Assembly: GCA_905182305.1 (NCBI GenBank)
Contig: CAJJBB010000001.1
Coordinates: 39,326-103,325, forward strand
Direction: 5' to 3'
Length of the DNA stretch: 64,000 nt
Source: Flavobacteria bacterium MS024-2A
GTDB taxonomy: Bacteria; Bacteroidota; Bacteroidia; Flavobacteriales; Flavobacteriaceae
Shown: piece by piece, positions 1 through 9,011 of the stretch
Position numbering within the stretch: position 1 is the first letter of the stretch
Layout: every line of letters starts with the position of its first letter
Notes under the pieces: generated by a model
What the model saw: the letters and a program-made list of their open reading frames with translations, nothing else
Databases searched by the model: none
What the model was told of the DNA's origin: nothing
Made by a program: the position numbers and the translations under genes

Positions 1-2362
1 TTGAGGTGGTTCGCGGAGCTGCATCAGCACTTTATGGTCCTGGAGTAACTTCTGGAGTTGTTCACTTTTTAAGTAAAAGTGCAATTGATAAACCCGGAAC
101 TACTATCGAAGCTTTTGGTGGTGGATTAAATACTGTAGGAACATCATTAAGACATGCATGGGCTAATGATGATAAAACATTTGGTTATAAAGTTAATGTA
201 CGATATACATCAGGTGATGACTTCACTCTTGATCCAATTGAGGATGCTGGTCAAATTGCAGGTTTAGCAACTACGATTCGAAAACCAACAATTACAGGCG
301 GACAGGTAGACCAGTCTGGACCTGGAACAGTTTTATTAGACATTAATGATTTAGATCCAGATGGGGATGGTAACCCTCATGATTAGCGAATATGAAAATT
401 ATAATGCTAATCTTCATTTAGAATTTCGTCCAAGTGATCAAACTACAGCATTTGTTTCTGGAGGTTTTTCTCATGGTGGAGGACTATTTTTTAACAGCCT
501 AGGATCTGGATATGCTGATGGTACTGACTACTGGGCTCAGGCTCGAATTCAGTCAGGTGGACTTTTTGCTCAAGCGTACTACAATTATAATGATGGTGGG
601 GGTGATGAAAGCCCAACTTTTGTTTATGGAACAGGTTTGCAACAAGTTGCAAAACGATCTAATACAGAAATTCAAATTCAATACAATTTTGATACTCCAG
701 GGTTTCTGAAGTTCTAATTTTACAGTAGGAGCAGATTATAGAAATGTTGTTTCTGATTCAGAGTATACATTATACGGGAAGTTTGATGACGACGATCCTT
801 ACGGTGTTGTAGGTATTTATGGACAAGGAACATCTAAATTAGGAGATAAATTAGATCTTACTTATGCTCTTAGATATGATAAATTTACTTTTCAAGATAC
901 TGGTGGAATAGCACCAAGAGTAGCGTTAGTATATAAGGCTTCTAAAAATCATACGTTCAGAGCATCCTTTAACAGAGCTCTCTCAAGTGTAGCTGCAATT
1001 CAACAATACATTAATTTCCCTCTTTTAAATTTAGCGCCTGGAAGTAGTGTTTGGTTATCTGGGCAAAACGAAGCTCAATCGATAAGTCCTAGCGATCCTA
1101 TTGATACTGTTTTTGGAGTACCACTTCCGCAAAACACACCCGGCTTACCTCTTGCCATTCCTTATGGTGCTGTTAGAGGTCTAGTTCCTTCAGGACTAGC
1201 CGCAGCTTTTCAGACAAACCCAGCTTTAGCACCACTCCAAGGTCTTGAGCCAATTCTGAATAATTTCTTTGCAACTTATGCTGGACCAGCTGGAGTTACA
1301 GGATCTTTATTTCCATATACTCTTCTTTCTGCTTTAGGTGGAGGTCAACCTCAACCTTTTGATTTTAGTAATTCTGGATCAGGGATTTCTAAATTGCAAA
1401 CACTAGACCAACTTGAATTTGGGTATACAGGTGTAATTAATAAAAAATTGAAAGTAAGTGTAGATGTTTACACCTATGCTAACACTGGATTCACAATTTA
1501 TACAGATGTAGGTCCTTCTTATGCAACAGTTGGAGCTGATGTTCCTACTGATTTAGCTGCAGCAGTTGCTGCAGATATTGCATCTGATCCAACACTTATA
1601 GCTCTTGTTACACAAGGGGTGACTGCACAAGTTCAAGCAGGTGTTACAGCGCAATATGCTGCTTTAGGGCTACCTGCAACCGGCCTTGATGCTGCTACTG
1701 CTGCACTTCTAGGCTTGCCTTCTGCCGTTCCATCAATTGCCGCTGCAACAGCAGCGACAGCTGCCCCACTTATAGGGCAGTCTATCGGTGGTCTTGCTGC
1801 GGCCGCAGCCGGTGCTTTTACAGCTGGGGGACAAGGATTTAATGATGCAGCTGGTGCAAATGCTGCAGGAGACTTCCCTTTTATAGGAGCTGTAGAATCT
1901 TCAGCAGCACCCTCTGGAGACGGTTTTGTTCACCCAGCATGGGGATATAGAAATTATGGAGATGCTACACGTAGCCACTGGGGTTCTGATGTATCACTTC
2001 AGTACTTTGCAACTGATAAATTTTCACTTTTTGCAAATACCTCTTGGTTAAGTCAAAATGAGTGGGAAGTTGGTGATGATGACCTTCCATTTACCTCATC
2101 TTTAAATGCTCCTAAATTTAAGTACAGAATGGGATTAAATTATGCTGCTGGTTTACAAGGATTTAGATACAGTCTTTCTTTTCAACATGATGATGAATTC
2201 AATTCTGATATGGCACTTTATGCTGGAACTGTTCAAGAAAAGAATTTAGTAGACATGAATATTGGATTTGTATTTGGAACAGGCCTTAGTTTAGATATAT
2301 CAGGAACAAATGTTTTTGATCAAAAATATAGATCATTTCCAGGATATGCCTATAATTGGTAG
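1..2362 (+). pseudogene. TonB-dependent receptor, 5' end outside the window, reading frame interrupted twice (pseudogene or two single-base sequence errors)
   Basis: Plug-domain end EVVRGAASALYGPGVTSGVV starts at nt 3 (phase 0). The protein continues in phase 1 (361-717) and then phase 2, which is open from 710 to the stop at 2360-2362. There is no in-frame ATG/GTG/TTG before 1394, hence the late start in the ORF track. It ends with barrel-type strands ...LSLDISGTNVFDQKYRSFPGYAYNW. Shift windows are 355-386 and 710-717. Confidence 0.7.
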
Positions 2363-2415
2363 ACGAATTATTGCCAAAGCAACGTATAGCTTCTAATGTT
2401 ATTTAACTTCATAAA

Positions 2416-2448
2416 GGGTAATTGCGAAAGCAGTTACCCTTTTTTTTT
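2416..2448 (+). terminator. Rho-independent terminator after the TonB-dependent receptor
   Basis: 10-bp stem GGGTAATTGC / GCAGTTACCC (one G-T wobble), GAAA tetraloop, then a run of 9 T. It lies 54 nt after the stop codon. Confidence 0.85.
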
Positions 2449-2606
2449 ATTATGAAAGAAGAAAAAATAGTATTTATTACTGGAGCTGAAAAATCTACAG
2501 GACGAATCAGGAAAAGCTTATTACCTTACTTCAGCAATAAAACACAATGGAGAACTTTGGCTAGGAAGTAATAAATCGAATCAACTTTTAAAATATAAAT
2601 TAAATA

Positions 2607-3350
2607 ATGAAAAAATTAGACGGACAAATTGTTATTATAACCGGTGGTGCCCGCGGAATAGGGGAAGGAATCTGTAAAATATTTTGTAATGAAGGTGCTA
2701 CAGTTGCGCTGTGGGATGTTCTCGAAGAAGGCCAAACAACAGCCGATAATATTTCAGCAGATGGAGGAAGTATCTTTTTTCAAAAGGTAGACGTTACTAG
2801 TCAAGACTCTGTTGATTCTGCCGTAGCAAATATCATTGACAATCATGGAAAGATAGATGTTTTAATAAATAATGCAGGAATTATTAGAGATCGTTCTATT
2901 TTAAAAATGACCCGAGAAGAATGGGATATGGTACGTTCAGTTAATGTGGATTCATTATTTATAACCACTAAGGCAGTTTTACCTCATATGAAGTCAGCTA
3001 ATTATGGTCGGATCATTTCAGCTTCTTCGATTAATGCTTTTCAAGGAGCATTTGGTCAAACGAATTATTCAGCGAGCAAAGCAGCAATTGTTGGCTTTAC
3101 GCACTCGTTATGTAGAGAAGTTGGTAAATACAATATTACAGTTAATGCTGTAGCTCCCGGCTTTATCAAATCTGAAATGACAGATTCTATGCCCGAAGAA
3201 ATTATTAAAGCTGGAATTACTCAAATTCCAGTTGGACGAATTGGAACGCCAGAAGATATGGCTCATGCTTATCTGTTTTTAGCTTCAAAAGAAGCAGGGT
3301 TTGTTAGTGGACATACATTACATGCCAATGGAGGAGCAATGCCTATTTAA
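2607..3350 (+). CDS. Short-chain dehydrogenase/reductase, 3-oxoacyl reductase (FabG)-like
   Basis: 247 aa. Carries TGGARGIG Rossmann motif, NNAG, catalytic YSASK and a PG motif, as in classical SDRs. Confidence 0.85.
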   Translation: MKKLDGQIVIITGGARGIGEGICKIFCNEGATVALWDVLEEGQTTADNISADGGSIFFQKVDVTSQDSVDSAVANIIDNHGKIDVLINNAGIIRDRSILKMTREEWDMVRSVNVDSLFITTKAVLPHMKSANYGRIISASSINAFQGAFGQTNYSASKAAIVGFTHSLCREVGKYNITVNAVAPGFIKSEMTDSMPEEIIKAGITQIPVGRIGTPEDMAHAYLFLASKEAGFVSGHTLHANGGAMPI

Positions 3351-3352
3351 AA

Positions 3353-4129
3353 ATGACAAAAAGCACTAAAAATTTATTTGAATTAACCGGTAAAGTCGCC
3401 ATCATTACCGGTTCCAGTAAGGGAATTGGACTTGCTATTGCATCTGCTTTTGCTGAATACGGGGCTCATGTTGTGCTAAGTAGTCGTTCACAAGAGGCAG
3501 TAGATAAGGCCGCTGAAGAATTGAGTAACAAAGGATATTCCACTATGCCACAAGTTTGCCATGTTGGAGATGAAAGTCAGCGTAAAAATTTAGTTAATAA
3601 GACCTTAGAGAGGTTTGGACGATTAGATATATTAGTAAATAACGCTGCTATAAATCCTGTATATGAACCTTTGGAGCAGATGACCGATGCTGTTTATGAT
3701 AAAATGATGAATGTAAATGTAAAGGCAGCTTTCGCGATGAGTAATTTATGTTTCCCTCATTTAAAAGAAAAAAAAGAGGGAGCTATTATTAATATTGCTT
3801 CTGTGGAGGGATTAAAACCAAGTCTTGGATTAGGCGTTTATAGTGTGACTAAAGCAGCTTTAATTATGCTAACCCAAGTTCAGGCGAAAGAATGGGGAAA
3901 ACATGGAATTAGATCTAATGCGATTTGTCCTGGATTAATTCAAACTAAATTTAGTAAAGCCCTTTGGAATAATGAAGTATTGTTAAATCAAGTGGAAAAT
4001 GAATTACCAGCGGGAAGAATGGCTCAGCCAAGCGAAATGAAGGGTTTAGCACTTTATTTAGCCTCCCCTGCTGCAAGTTATTCTACAGGTGGTGTTTATA
4101 CTGCTGATGGAGGGCATATGACAATGTAA
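3353..4129 (+). CDS. Short-chain dehydrogenase/reductase
   Basis: 258 aa. Carries ITGSSKGIG, NNAA and catalytic YSVTK. Starts 2 nt after the previous SDR. Confidence 0.85.
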   Translation: MTKSTKNLFELTGKVAIITGSSKGIGLAIASAFAEYGAHVVLSSRSQEAVDKAAEELSNKGYSTMPQVCHVGDESQRKNLVNKTLERFGRLDILVNNAAINPVYEPLEQMTDAVYDKMMNVNVKAAFAMSNLCFPHLKEKKEGAIINIASVEGLKPSLGLGVYSVTKAALIMLTQVQAKEWGKHGIRSNAICPGLIQTKFSKALWNNEVLLNQVENELPAGRMAQPSEMKGLALYLASPAASYSTGGVYTADGGHMTM

Positions 4130-4139
4130 AACGAGAATT

Positions 4140-4625
4140 ATGGAAACACAAAAAACACAAAAATCTCATAGAAGTATATTTAAAAATATATCTGAAATGG
4201 AAAATGCTGTAGGTAAAGAATTAGGACTTACACCATGGAAAATAATGGATCAAGAACGAATCAATACTTTTGCTAAAGCTACTGAAGATGAGCAGTGGAT
4301 TCATATTGATGAAGAACGGTGCACAAAAGAATCTCCATATAAGCAAACCATAGCTCATGGATTTTTGATGCTATCAATGTGTTCTAAAATAATGTATGAT
4401 TCTTATGAAGTTGGACAGGTATCGATGGCCATAAATTATGGTTTAGATAAAGTTCGTTTTCCCAACGCTACTCCAGCAGGATCAAAATTTAGAGGTCGTG
4501 TTTCTCTCGCTGAATTTAATTTTATTCCAAAGGGAGCTAAGTATAAATTAAATGTAATCATTGAATTGGAGGGTCAGGAAAAGCCTGCTTGTGTGGCTGA
4601 GTTTTTAGCGCTTGCATATAATTAA
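4140..4625 (+). CDS. MaoC-like (R)-specific enoyl-CoA hydratase/dehydratase, hot-dog fold
   Basis: 161 aa. The ...DEQWIHIDEE...TIAHGFLMLS... region is typical of MaoC dehydratase domains. Confidence 0.75.
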   Translation: METQKTQKSHRSIFKNISEMENAVGKELGLTPWKIMDQERINTFAKATEDEQWIHIDEERCTKESPYKQTIAHGFLMLSMCSKIMYDSYEVGQVSMAINYGLDKVRFPNATPAGSKFRGRVSLAEFNFIPKGAKYKLNVIIELEGQEKPACVAEFLALAYN

Positions 4626-4631
4626 ACAATC

Positions 4632-5414
4632 ATGGAAAAAGCCGTATTATTTAAAATTAAAAATGGAGTAGCTACAATTACTTTAAATCGACCTGATCGC
4701 TATAATGCTGTAAATCAAGATTTGGTAGATGGAATTTCAAATTCTCTTAAAAAATGTGAAGTTGATGAATCAATTCGAGCAGTAGTTATAACTGGTGCAG
4801 GACGTGGTTTTTGCGCTGGGGCAGATATGTCTGTTTTTGGAGATGAAGTTACTGCGGATCAACGAAGTCAATATATAATAGATCAATATCAACCATTAAT
4901 GAATCAATTTTTTTCATTAAAGAAACCAGTTATTGGCGCTATAAACGGAACGGCTGCTGGAGTAGGTGCGGCTTTTGCGTTGGCTTGTGATTTTCGCGTA
5001 ATGAGTGATCAAAGTGGGATTTTATATGCCTTTGTTAATATTGGCTTAGGTCCTGATGGTGGGGCAAGTTGGCTTCTTGCAAGACAAGTAGGTTACAGTC
5101 GTGCTCTAGAAATTGCTACAAGTGGAAAAAAAGTGACTGGACAAAGATGTTTGGAATTAGGACTAACAAATCGTATTGTAGCACAAGATGATATTTTAAG
5201 TAATGCTCAAGCTTGGGCAGAAGAATTTGCAGTACGTCCGACTTTAGCAATAGGTATTGCTAAAGAAGATATGTTTTTTGCTATGGATCACAGTCTTAAT
5301 GAAGCAATTGCTTTTGAGGCAAAAAAACAAATTGAGGCATTTAAAAGTCATGATTTAAAAGAAGGAGTTTCAGCATTTATTGAAAAAAGAAAACCTAATT
5401 TTTTGGGAAAATAA
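4632..5414 (+). CDS. Enoyl-CoA hydratase/isomerase (crotonase family)
   Basis: 260 aa. Carries VITGAGRGFCAGADM and INGTAAGVGAAFALACDF oxyanion-hole regions. Confidence 0.85.
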   Translation: MEKAVLFKIKNGVATITLNRPDRYNAVNQDLVDGISNSLKKCEVDESIRAVVITGAGRGFCAGADMSVFGDEVTADQRSQYIIDQYQPLMNQFFSLKKPVIGAINGTAAGVGAAFALACDFRVMSDQSGILYAFVNIGLGPDGGASWLLARQVGYSRALEIATSGKKVTGQRCLELGLTNRIVAQDDILSNAQAWAEEFAVRPTLAIGIAKEDMFFAMDHSLNEAIAFEAKKQIEAFKSHDLKEGVSAFIEKRKPNFLGK

Positions 5415-5423
5415 TATAAGAAA

Positions 5424-6608
5424 ATGAATTTCGAAGAAATAAAAAAGAAGACAGAAGCTTTTGTAAGAGATGAATTATTTACTCTCGAACCTTGGATACT
5501 AAATGTTGAATGGAAGGAAAAATTACCTAAGCTAAATGAACTTAGAGAAAAAGTGAAGTCAAAGGGACTTTGGCTTCCACAGATTCCCATAGAATATGGG
5601 GGTTTGGGTTTAACAAATGCTGAGCATGGAGAAGTAAGTGAAATTTTAGGGGCAAGTCCATACGGTCATTATTGCTTTAATTGTCAAGCTCCCGACGCTG
5701 GAAATATGGAAATTCTTATTGAGTTTGGAACTGACAAGCAAAAAGAAGCCTATTTATATCCTCTTTTAAAAGGAGAAATAAGAAGTTGTTTTGCAATGAC
5801 AGAACCTGATCATGCAGGATCTAATCCTGTTAAAATGGGAACTATTGCCATCAAAGAAAATGGTAATTATGTAATCAATGGCCATAAGTGGTTTACTTCA
5901 GGTTTTGATGGAGCTACTTTTGCAATTGTAATGTTAGTTTCAGATCCCGATGCAAGTGCTCCACATAAAAAAGCAAGTCAGGTGATTGTCCCAACATCTA
6001 GTGAAGGATTAGAATTTGTCAGAAATATTTCTATTATGGGACATCCAGGCGGCGGCTGGGAAAGTCATGCTGAAATTAAATTTCATGACGTAAAAGTTCC
6101 ATTATCCAATGTTTTGGGTGGCGACGGAGAAGGTTTTACCATCGCCCAAAAACGATTGGGACCCGGAAGGATTCATCACTGCATGCGTTGGATCGGAATG
6201 TGCGAACGTGCTTTTAATCTAATGTGTGAACGTGCTGTTTCGAGAGAAATTTCTGAGGGTGTAATGCTGGGTGAAAAACAGACCATTCAAAACTGGATTT
6301 CAGAATGTAGAGCAGAAATAAACGCTTCAAGACTTTTAGTTCAGGATGCTGCAAATAAAATAGATACTCAAGGGGCTTACAAAACAAGACCTGAGATTTC
6401 AATCATTAAATTTTATTGCGCACAAGTACTTCAAAAAGTTGTGGATTGTGCAATTCAAGTACATGGAGCAAAAGGGGTAACAGATGATACTATTCTTGCT
6501 GCATATTACCGCCATGAACGTGCTGCTCGAATATATGATGGAGCAGATGAAGTTCATAAAAGTAGATTAGCAAAAAGCATTTTAAAAAAGTATAAATCGG
6601 AAAAGTAA
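5424..6608 (+). CDS. Acyl-CoA dehydrogenase, FadE2/ACAD10-ACAD11-like subgroup
   Basis: 394 aa. Carries SCFAMTEPDHAGSNP and a C-terminal RIYDGADEVHK box in place of the classical xEGGTSEIQ box. Confidence 0.8.
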   Translation: MNFEEIKKKTEAFVRDELFTLEPWILNVEWKEKLPKLNELREKVKSKGLWLPQIPIEYGGLGLTNAEHGEVSEILGASPYGHYCFNCQAPDAGNMEILIEFGTDKQKEAYLYPLLKGEIRSCFAMTEPDHAGSNPVKMGTIAIKENGNYVINGHKWFTSGFDGATFAIVMLVSDPDASAPHKKASQVIVPTSSEGLEFVRNISIMGHPGGGWESHAEIKFHDVKVPLSNVLGGDGEGFTIAQKRLGPGRIHHCMRWIGMCERAFNLMCERAVSREISEGVMLGEKQTIQNWISECRAEINASRLLVQDAANKIDTQGAYKTRPEISIIKFYCAQVLQKVVDCAIQVHGAKGVTDDTILAAYYRHERAARIYDGADEVHKSRLAKSILKKYKSEK

Positions 6609-6716
6609 TAAAAGATGGATTCAAAAGTAATAACTAGAATCCCAATGGACAAAGATAAAAAGATGGTAATTAATGAATTGGGGGATTATTTGGAAAGAGT
6701 TTTTAGCACTAAATAA

Positions 6717-7796
6717 ATGTTAATCGAATTAGACAAAGCTATTGAAATTAGAGAAGGACAATCTTTAAAGATTGATTCTTTGGAAACTTATTTGCGAAAT
6801 GCTATGGAACTGCCTGAGGCTGATTTGAAAGTCTTACAATTTCCCTCGGGCTATTCCAACCTTACTTATTTATTGAAATTTGGAAAACTAGAGTTAGTTT
6901 TAAGAAGACCCCCAAAAGGAGCAAAAATTAAATCAGGACATGATATGGGAAGAGAATTCCGAATTCTTTCGGGATTACATCCTATATATAATAAAGCTCC
7001 AAAGCCTTTTTTATACTGTGATGATCAGACCGTTATAGGGGCCCCATTTTATATTATGGAACGTATGCAAGGGGTTATTTTTAGAGGTCATACGCCAAAA
7101 GTTCAGCTACCAGAACCAAATCAAATGCGAAATTTATCTGAAGCTTTTGTGAGTACATTGGCAGAAATACATTCATTGGATTATAATGCTGCTGGACTTG
7201 AAACTTTAGGAAGACCACAGGGCTACATTCGGCGCCAAATTGAGGGTTGGACTAAGCGATACATCAATGCTAAAACTGATAACTTTGAGTCCATAGAAAA
7301 AATGTATACTTGGCTTAATAATAACATACCAACTGAGCAAAGAAACGCTTTTATTCATAATGATTTTAAGTACGATAATTTGATTCTTTCTCAAGATGGA
7401 AGCTTTGAAATAAAAGGTGTTTTAGATTGGGAAATGGCTACCCTTGGAGATCCTTTAATGGACTTGGGTACAACCTTAGGATATTGGATTCAAGAATCGG
7501 ATCCTGATTTTGTGAAAGAAAATAGCATGAATATTACTCTTGTAAAAGGTAATTTGACTCGTAGTGAGTTGGTAGAGTTCTATGCCAAGAAAAGTAATAT
7601 TGAAATGGTTAATATTCCTTTTTATTATGTTTTTGGTCTTTTTAAAATTGCTGTAATTATTCAGCAAATTTATTTTAGATATAAAAAGGGATTTACAACT
7701 GATATACGCTTTAAAAACTTAAATCAAGCTGTGCACATGTATGGCAAGATGGGAGTACAAGCCTTTCAAAAAAATAAAATAGATAATTTATATTAA
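6717..7796 (+). CDS. Phosphotransferase of the APH (aminoglycoside-phosphotransferase-like) kinase fold
   Basis: 359 aa. Carries catalytic loop HNDFKYDNLIL and metal-binding VLDWEMATLGDP. Sits directly after the ACAD10/11-like ACAD. Confidence 0.8.
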   Translation: MLIELDKAIEIREGQSLKIDSLETYLRNAMELPEADLKVLQFPSGYSNLTYLLKFGKLELVLRRPPKGAKIKSGHDMGREFRILSGLHPIYNKAPKPFLYCDDQTVIGAPFYIMERMQGVIFRGHTPKVQLPEPNQMRNLSEAFVSTLAEIHSLDYNAAGLETLGRPQGYIRRQIEGWTKRYINAKTDNFESIEKMYTWLNNNIPTEQRNAFIHNDFKYDNLILSQDGSFEIKGVLDWEMATLGDPLMDLGTTLGYWIQESDPDFVKENSMNITLVKGNLTRSELVEFYAKKSNIEMVNIPFYYVFGLFKIAVIIQQIYFRYKKGFTTDIRFKNLNQAVHMYGKMGVQAFQKNKIDNLY

Positions 7797-7806
7797 ATAA
7801 TAACAG

Positions 7807-9004
7807 ATGGAAACGAAAATCAGTGTCTCATTGAATGATTTTAGAACAGAAACAAGGGCTTGGCTAGAGGCCAATTGTCCAGATAGTATGCGACAACCAG
7901 TTAAAGATCCATTTGATTTGTTCTGGGGAGGACGTAATGCTAAATTTATTTCAGAAGATCAAAGACTTTGGTTTGAACGCATGCTTGAAAAACGATGGGT
8001 TGTACCCTATTGGGATGTTAAATATGGAGGAGCTGGATTAAGTCCTGATGAAAATAATGTTTTAACTCAAGAAATGACCCGTTTGGGATGTAGAAAACCT
8101 CTCTATAGTTTTGGAATTTCTATGTTGGGCCCGGCGTTACTTAAGTTTGCTACAGAAGATCAAAAACTACATTACCTTCCACAGATTGTAGAGGGAAAAA
8201 TATGGTGGTGTCAAGGCTATAGTGAGCCTAATGCAGGAAGTGATTTGGCAAGCCTTCAAACAAAAGCAATTGACAAGGGAGATCATTATGAAATCACAGG
8301 TTCAAAAGTATGGACTTCTTACGCCGATAAATCAGATTGGATATTTTGTTTAGTTCGCACAGATTTTGAAGCCACAAAACACAACGGAATTAGCTTTATA
8401 TTAATTGACATGGCTTCAAAGGGAGTAAGTACTAGACCCATAAAATTGATTAGTGGCAAATCACCTTTTTGTGAAACGTTTTTTGACGAGGTTAAAGTGC
8501 CAAAAGAAAATTTAATAGGGAACTTAAACGAGGGTTGGACCATTGCAAAACATCTTTTGACTCATGAACGTCAAATGATCGGTGGTATTGGAGAAACAGA
8601 CGTAAAAAAAGAGGTACATTCTATAGCACTCGAAAATCTTCCTGTTAATAATGGAGTAATCTCAGATGGCATTTTAAGGAATCAAATTTCTGATTTTGAG
8701 ATGGATGAAGAGATTTTTGATTTAACAATTCAGCGAGTTACCGATGAGGCTAAAACAGGAAATAACTCAGGGGCACTTTCCTCTTTTTTTAAATTTTATG
8801 CAACTGAGCTAAATATATCACGGCTATGAATTATTGATGGCTATTGGCGGATCAGAAGCCCTTTTTTGGGGTGAAAATGAAAAATCAGATGGGGATTTAG
8901 CTCGAAAATTTTGTCGTTCCAAAGGAAACTCAATTGAAGGCGGAACCTCAGAAATCCAATTAAATATTATTTCTAAACTCATATTGGGCTTGCCCACTAA
9001 ATAA
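7807..9004 (+). pseudogene. Acyl-CoA dehydrogenase with one +1 frame break near its C-terminus (pseudogene or sequence error)
   Basis: Phase 1 ORF 7807-8829 contains WCQGYSEPNAGSDLASL. The missing C-terminus, ...YELLMAIGGSEALFWG...SIEGGTSEIQLNIISKLILGLPTK, is in phase 2 and ends at the TAA at 9002-9004. Shift window is 8813-8829. Confidence 0.8.
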
Positions 9005-9011
9005 CATTATT

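Noticed and set aside
6615-6719. A 33-codon ORF (MDSKVITRIPMDKDKKMVINELGDYLERVFSTK) ending in a TAA that is in frame with, and immediately precedes, the kinase ATG. I considered stop-codon read-through or an LvaB-like small partner.
   Set aside because: The 359-aa kinase is already full length for its family. There is no evidence for TAA reassignment elsewhere in the window, and the peptide has no recognisable similarity. I cannot support it from the sequence alone.
355-8829. Programmed +1 ribosomal frameshifting (prfB-like) as the explanation for the frame breaks, because three of them end at a stop codon soon after the shift window.
   Set aside because: The sites share no slippery or stop-context motif (CAT GAT TAG C, TTC TAA T, CTA TGA A). 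None has the CUU UGA C-type re-pairing logic. The MauE break lies far from its stop, and out-of-frame stops are simply frequent in AT-rich DNA. These gene families are not known to use recoding.
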